From positions 134,936 through 198,935 of the forward strand of contig CAMBXL010000002.1 of assembly GCA_945871905.1 (NCBI GenBank): a stretch of 64,000 bases of DNA, given 5' to 3'. Source of the DNA: Chitinophaga pinensis (lineage in GTDB: Bacteria; Bacteroidota; Bacteroidia; NS11-12g; UBA955). The position numbers and the translations under genes are program-made. Under the pieces are notes generated by a model. It searched no databases, was not told the DNA's origin, and was given only the letters and a program-made list of their open reading frames with translations. Below, in pieces: positions 60,596 to 64,000 of the stretch (its first letter is position 1; each line of letters starts with the position of its first letter).

Positions 60596-63500
60596 CTATA
60601 CATACAAGCCACTTAACTCTTCCATAAATTCGGTTGCTTCACGGATGTTTTTGATGCTTTTTACCAATAAAATAATGGTTTTACTACTTTGTTTCATTTC
60701 GAATTTAGCAGGTTGTGTTGCTATGTATTGTAGTATCTTAGAAAACGCGGCGCTGTCATAAAAAGCAGCTTTCTCGTCAGCCGGAAAATAGATTTTCATG
60801 TTTTGCTTTTCTAGGACAATCTTTTCAAATCCCAATGATTTTCCAATCCATTTTACCCTTATCGAAGCCAATAAAACGCCCACTTCTTTGGGATATCTTC
60901 CAAACCTGTCTATCAACATATCCGAGAATTTAGTGAGCGCATCTTCATTTTCGATTTTGCTTAATTCTGTATACAAACTCAGTCTTTCTGCCATGTTGCG
61001 AATGTATGTATCAGGAATTAACATATCAAAATCCGTATCAACCTGACAGTCTCTACTACTTATGCTTTCTATTTGATCTTTGAATAAATCGCTAAACTCA
61101 TCGTGTTTCAATTCACGGATGGCTTCATCTAATATTTTATGATAGGTATCAAACCCAATGTCGCTAATAAAGCCACTTTGTTCGCCACCCAACAAATTAC
61201 CTGCACCACGAATATCCAAATCTCTCATTGCCACATGGAAACCGCCTCCCAAGTCGCTGTACTCTTCGATAGTGCTCAAACGTTTTTTAGCATCAGAGGT
61301 AAGCGTGTTTAGTGGGGGTGACAACAAATAACAATACGCTTTTTTATTGCTTCTACCTACCCTACCCCTCATTTGATGCAAGTCGCTTAGTCCAAACATG
61401 TGCGCTTGATTGATAATAATGGTGTTACAGTTGGTAATATCCAAGCCTGCTTCAATGATTGTGGTGGCTATTAACACATCTTCATCACCTTCCATAAAAC
61501 GGAGCATTACATCTTCCAATTCGGAACCATCCATTTGACCATGCGCAATAGCAACCCGAACACCCGGAACCAATTGTTCTATCATGTGTTGGTACTCATA
61601 GATGTCCTTAACTCTATTGTGAACAAAATAAACCTGTCCACCTCTACTAATTTCGTATTTAATCGCTTTTCTAATCAGCTCTTTGTCAAAGGTATGTAAC
61701 TCGGTTTTGATTGGAAAACGGTTGGGTGGTGGTGTATTGATGACCGACAAATCTCTGGCTCCCATCAATGAAAAATGCAGCGTTCTTGGAATAGGAGTTG
61801 CTGTTAAGGTTAGCGTATCAACGTTGGCCCTTATTTCTTTTAACTTATCTTTAACACCTACTCCAAATTTTTGTTCTTCGTCTATTATCAATAGTCCTAA
61901 ATCCTTAAATTTAAGGTCTTTACCCACTATTCTATGGGTTCCGATTAAAATATCAACTTGACCATCTTTTACTTTTTGTATGGTTTTCTTTTGTTCCCCT
62001 GCGGTTTTAAATCTATTGATATAATCCACATTAACAGGCAACCCTTTCAAACGTTCTTTGAATGTTCTGTAATGTTGATGTGCCAAAATGGTAGTTGGTA
62101 CCAATACCGCCACTTGTTTGCTATCTGCTACAGATTTAAAGGCTGCACGTATGGCTACTTCCGTTTTTCCAAAACCCACATCACCACACAGCAATCTGTC
62201 CATGGGTTTGGTATTTTCCATGTCACGTTTTATCTCATCTGTTGCTTTGGCTTGGTCGGGCGTGTCTTCATATAAAAAAGAGGCCTCTAATTCCACTTGA
62301 AGGTAGGTGTCTGGCGCAAACGCAAAGCCTGGTTGTGCTCGCCTTTTGGCATACAAAGCAATTAACTCCCTCGCTATGTCTTTGACTTTCTTTTTGGTAC
62401 TCGCTTTTTGCTTTTCCCACACACCACTTCCCAACTTGTGCAAGGCAGGTTGTGTGCCATCTTTGCCTGTAAATTTGGATATTTTGTGTAAGGAGTTAAC
62501 ATTGATAAACAACAAATCACCATCGCGGTATGCAATTTTAACTGCTTCTTGTAACACACCATTCATTTGTGTTTTTTGCAAGCCCATAAACTTACCTACC
62601 CCATGGTCGATGTGGGTTACAAAATCGCCTATTTGCAACTCACTTAGTTCCTTAAGGGTCATTGCCGTACTTTTGGAATAACCTCTTTTTTGGGTTTTAA
62701 AACGGTAGTAACGCTCAAACAATTGATGTTCGGTGTAACAAGCTAATTTTAAATCGTGTTCCAAAAAACCTTCGGCCAAACCATGATAAATAGGCACAAT
62801 ATTGATTTGTTTTTGACGGTCTTCAATAATGGTGAGCAATCGGTCTATCTGCTTGCCAGTTTCACTAAAAACTAAATTTTTAATATTTTTCAGCTCATTT
62901 CCTTGTAAATGAGTGAGTAACATTTCAATATTCTTTTGAAATAGCTGTTGCGGTGAGGTATTGAATTTAAACGATTTTTTCGTTTTAAAACTTCTCATAG
63001 CACCTACTTCTACTATTGTTTTTATTTGGGTAATATTGGCTCTTATTTCATTGGGCGTAATCAGATAATTTTCAGGTCTTATTTTTTCTGACAATAAGGT
63101 TTCCCATTGTTTCTGTAGGTATTGGAATTGGTCATCAAAGTGTTTGAGTATACAAATGGTTTCTTCAGTAAAATACTTAAAAATTGATATTTTCTCACCT
63201 GCTATACTACTGCTTTGAATATTGGGAACAATAGTTAAAAAGGCAATATTGGAGATAGACAGTTGTGTTTCCAAATCAAAGGTTCTAATACTTTCAATTT
63301 GGTCGCCATCCAATACAATTCTGTAAGGCACATCATTGCTAAAACTGTAAATATCTACAATTCCACCACGGATAGCATATTGTCCGGGTTCACACACAAA
63401 ATCTTCTCTTTCAAATTCATTTTCATCCAAAAAGTCTGACAGAAATTCTAAGTCAAGAAGGTCGCCTAATTTAACTTCAAACGAATTCGATTTCAACTGT

Positions 63501-63910
63501 GCCGTGCTGATTACTTTTTCAGAGATACTTTCAGGCGTTGCAACTACAATGTAGGGATGTAAAGCATGTTGAAGTTTTGAAACGACTTCTGTTCTTCTTT
63601 GAATGTGCTCGGTATTTAGTTCCTCAAAATCGAAAGGCTTTTTGAAACTATCAGGCAAAAGCAGCACATCATTTTCAGAAATTAAATGTTCTAAATCGCT
63701 TCTTAAAAACTCGGCTTCTTCGGTTTCGGGAACCAAAACAAGCATATTTTGTTGAGTTTGGTGAAAAATAGAAGCAAGAACTACTGCCAAAGAGGAACCT
63801 GACAATCCTTCAAAACTGGCAATAGAAAGGCCGTTGTTTTTGCGTTGCTCCAAAAACTCAATAATTTGATCATGTTGCCCGAAAGCCTCTACAAGTTCCC
63901 TGACTTTCAT
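60596..63910 (-). CDS. mfd: transcription-repair coupling factor
   Basis: 1104 aa; UvrB-homology N-terminus, RNAP-interacting domain, superfamily-2 helicase motifs (GDVGFGKTEVA, DEEQKFGV) and TRG motif region. Confidence 0.95.
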   Translation of the reverse strand: MKVRELVEAFGQHDQIIEFLEQRKNNGLSIASFEGLSGSSLAVVLASIFHQTQQNMLVLVPETEEAEFLRSDLEHLISENDVLLLPDSFKKPFDFEELNTEHIQRRTEVVSKLQHALHPYIVVATPESISEKVISTAQLKSNSFEVKLGDLLDLEFLSDFLDENEFEREDFVCEPGQYAIRGGIVDIYSFSNDVPYRIVLDGDQIESIRTFDLETQLSISNIAFLTIVPNIQSSSIAGEKISIFKYFTEETICILKHFDDQFQYLQKQWETLLSEKIRPENYLITPNEIRANITQIKTIVEVGAMRSFKTKKSFKFNTSPQQLFQKNIEMLLTHLQGNELKNIKNLVFSETGKQIDRLLTIIEDRQKQINIVPIYHGLAEGFLEHDLKLACYTEHQLFERYYRFKTQKRGYSKSTAMTLKELSELQIGDFVTHIDHGVGKFMGLQKTQMNGVLQEAVKIAYRDGDLLFINVNSLHKISKFTGKDGTQPALHKLGSGVWEKQKASTKKKVKDIARELIALYAKRRAQPGFAFAPDTYLQVELEASFLYEDTPDQAKATDEIKRDMENTKPMDRLLCGDVGFGKTEVAIRAAFKSVADSKQVAVLVPTTILAHQHYRTFKERLKGLPVNVDYINRFKTAGEQKKTIQKVKDGQVDILIGTHRIVGKDLKFKDLGLLIIDEEQKFGVGVKDKLKEIRANVDTLTLTATPIPRTLHFSLMGARDLSVINTPPPNRFPIKTELHTFDKELIRKAIKYEISRGGQVYFVHNRVKDIYEYQHMIEQLVPGVRVAIAHGQMDGSELEDVMLRFMEGDEDVLIATTIIEAGLDITNCNTIIINQAHMFGLSDLHQMRGRVGRSNKKAYCYLLSPPLNTLTSDAKKRLSTIEEYSDLGGGFHVAMRDLDIRGAGNLLGGEQSGFISDIGFDTYHKILDEAIRELKHDEFSDLFKDQIESISSRDCQVDTDFDMLIPDTYIRNMAERLSLYTELSKIENEDALTKFSDMLIDRFGRYPKEVGVLLASIRVKWIGKSLGFEKIVLEKQNMKIYFPADEKAAFYDSAAFSKILQYIATQPAKFEMKQSSKTIILLVKSIKNIREATEFMEELSGLYV

Positions 63911-64000
63911 TTAAAAAAGAGGTGCAAAGATAGGATTAAATTGAATTAAAAATCCTCTATTATTTCTTTAAAATGGCAAATCCTATTAAGAATGAAATAA

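Overview
Low-GC (~33%) chromosomal segment that looks like a Bacteroidota (Flavobacteriia-like) genome. Evidence for that placement: type-A and type-B T9SS C-terminal sorting domains, many lipoproteins, the Bacteroidetes sigma-A -7 motif TAnnTTTG 10-25 nt upstream of several starts, and a mevalonate-pathway gene set. Most of the window is housekeeping: ABC-F ATPase, fdx-iscX, the mevalonate-pathway locus (fni, HMG-CoA reductase, MVK, MVD, PMK plus a UbiA prenyltransferase and an HI0933-type flavoprotein), M1 and M28 peptidases, ribE, rpe, metF, rsgA, aroE, fsa/tal, rpiB, tatC, fabG, dnaK, thiL, pth, lptB, recJ, mfd. No tRNA, rRNA, CRISPR array, transposase or integrase was found. Accessory-looking content: two giant PKD-repeat surface proteins (one partial at the window start; one of 2415 aa with a type-B T9SS CTD); a streptopain-like C10 cysteine protease with a T9SS type-A CTD, translationally coupled to a small lipoprotein that is a candidate cognate inhibitor; a tight three-gene operon (secreted coiled-coil protein, small HExxH zincin-like protein, GNAT acetyltransferase); a standalone acyl-CoA-mutase-family barrel protein with no B12 domain; and a DUF4143-type AAA ATPase. 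Non-coding structure not explained by the genes: an 8-bp-period tandem array plus GC-rich tail present twice in the same orientation (8680-8820 and 36234-36377); a GGAATTAGGATT-containing palindromic element present twice (12170-12235 and 53471-53492); a 23-bp x 5.5 tandem repeat downstream of mfd; and several hairpins/terminators. I could not identify a canonical defence or mobile system. The most system-like novelties are the protease/lipoprotein pair and the HExxH-GNAT operon. The ORF track uses TTG/GTG starts; several annotated starts are probably wrong and are re-called below.
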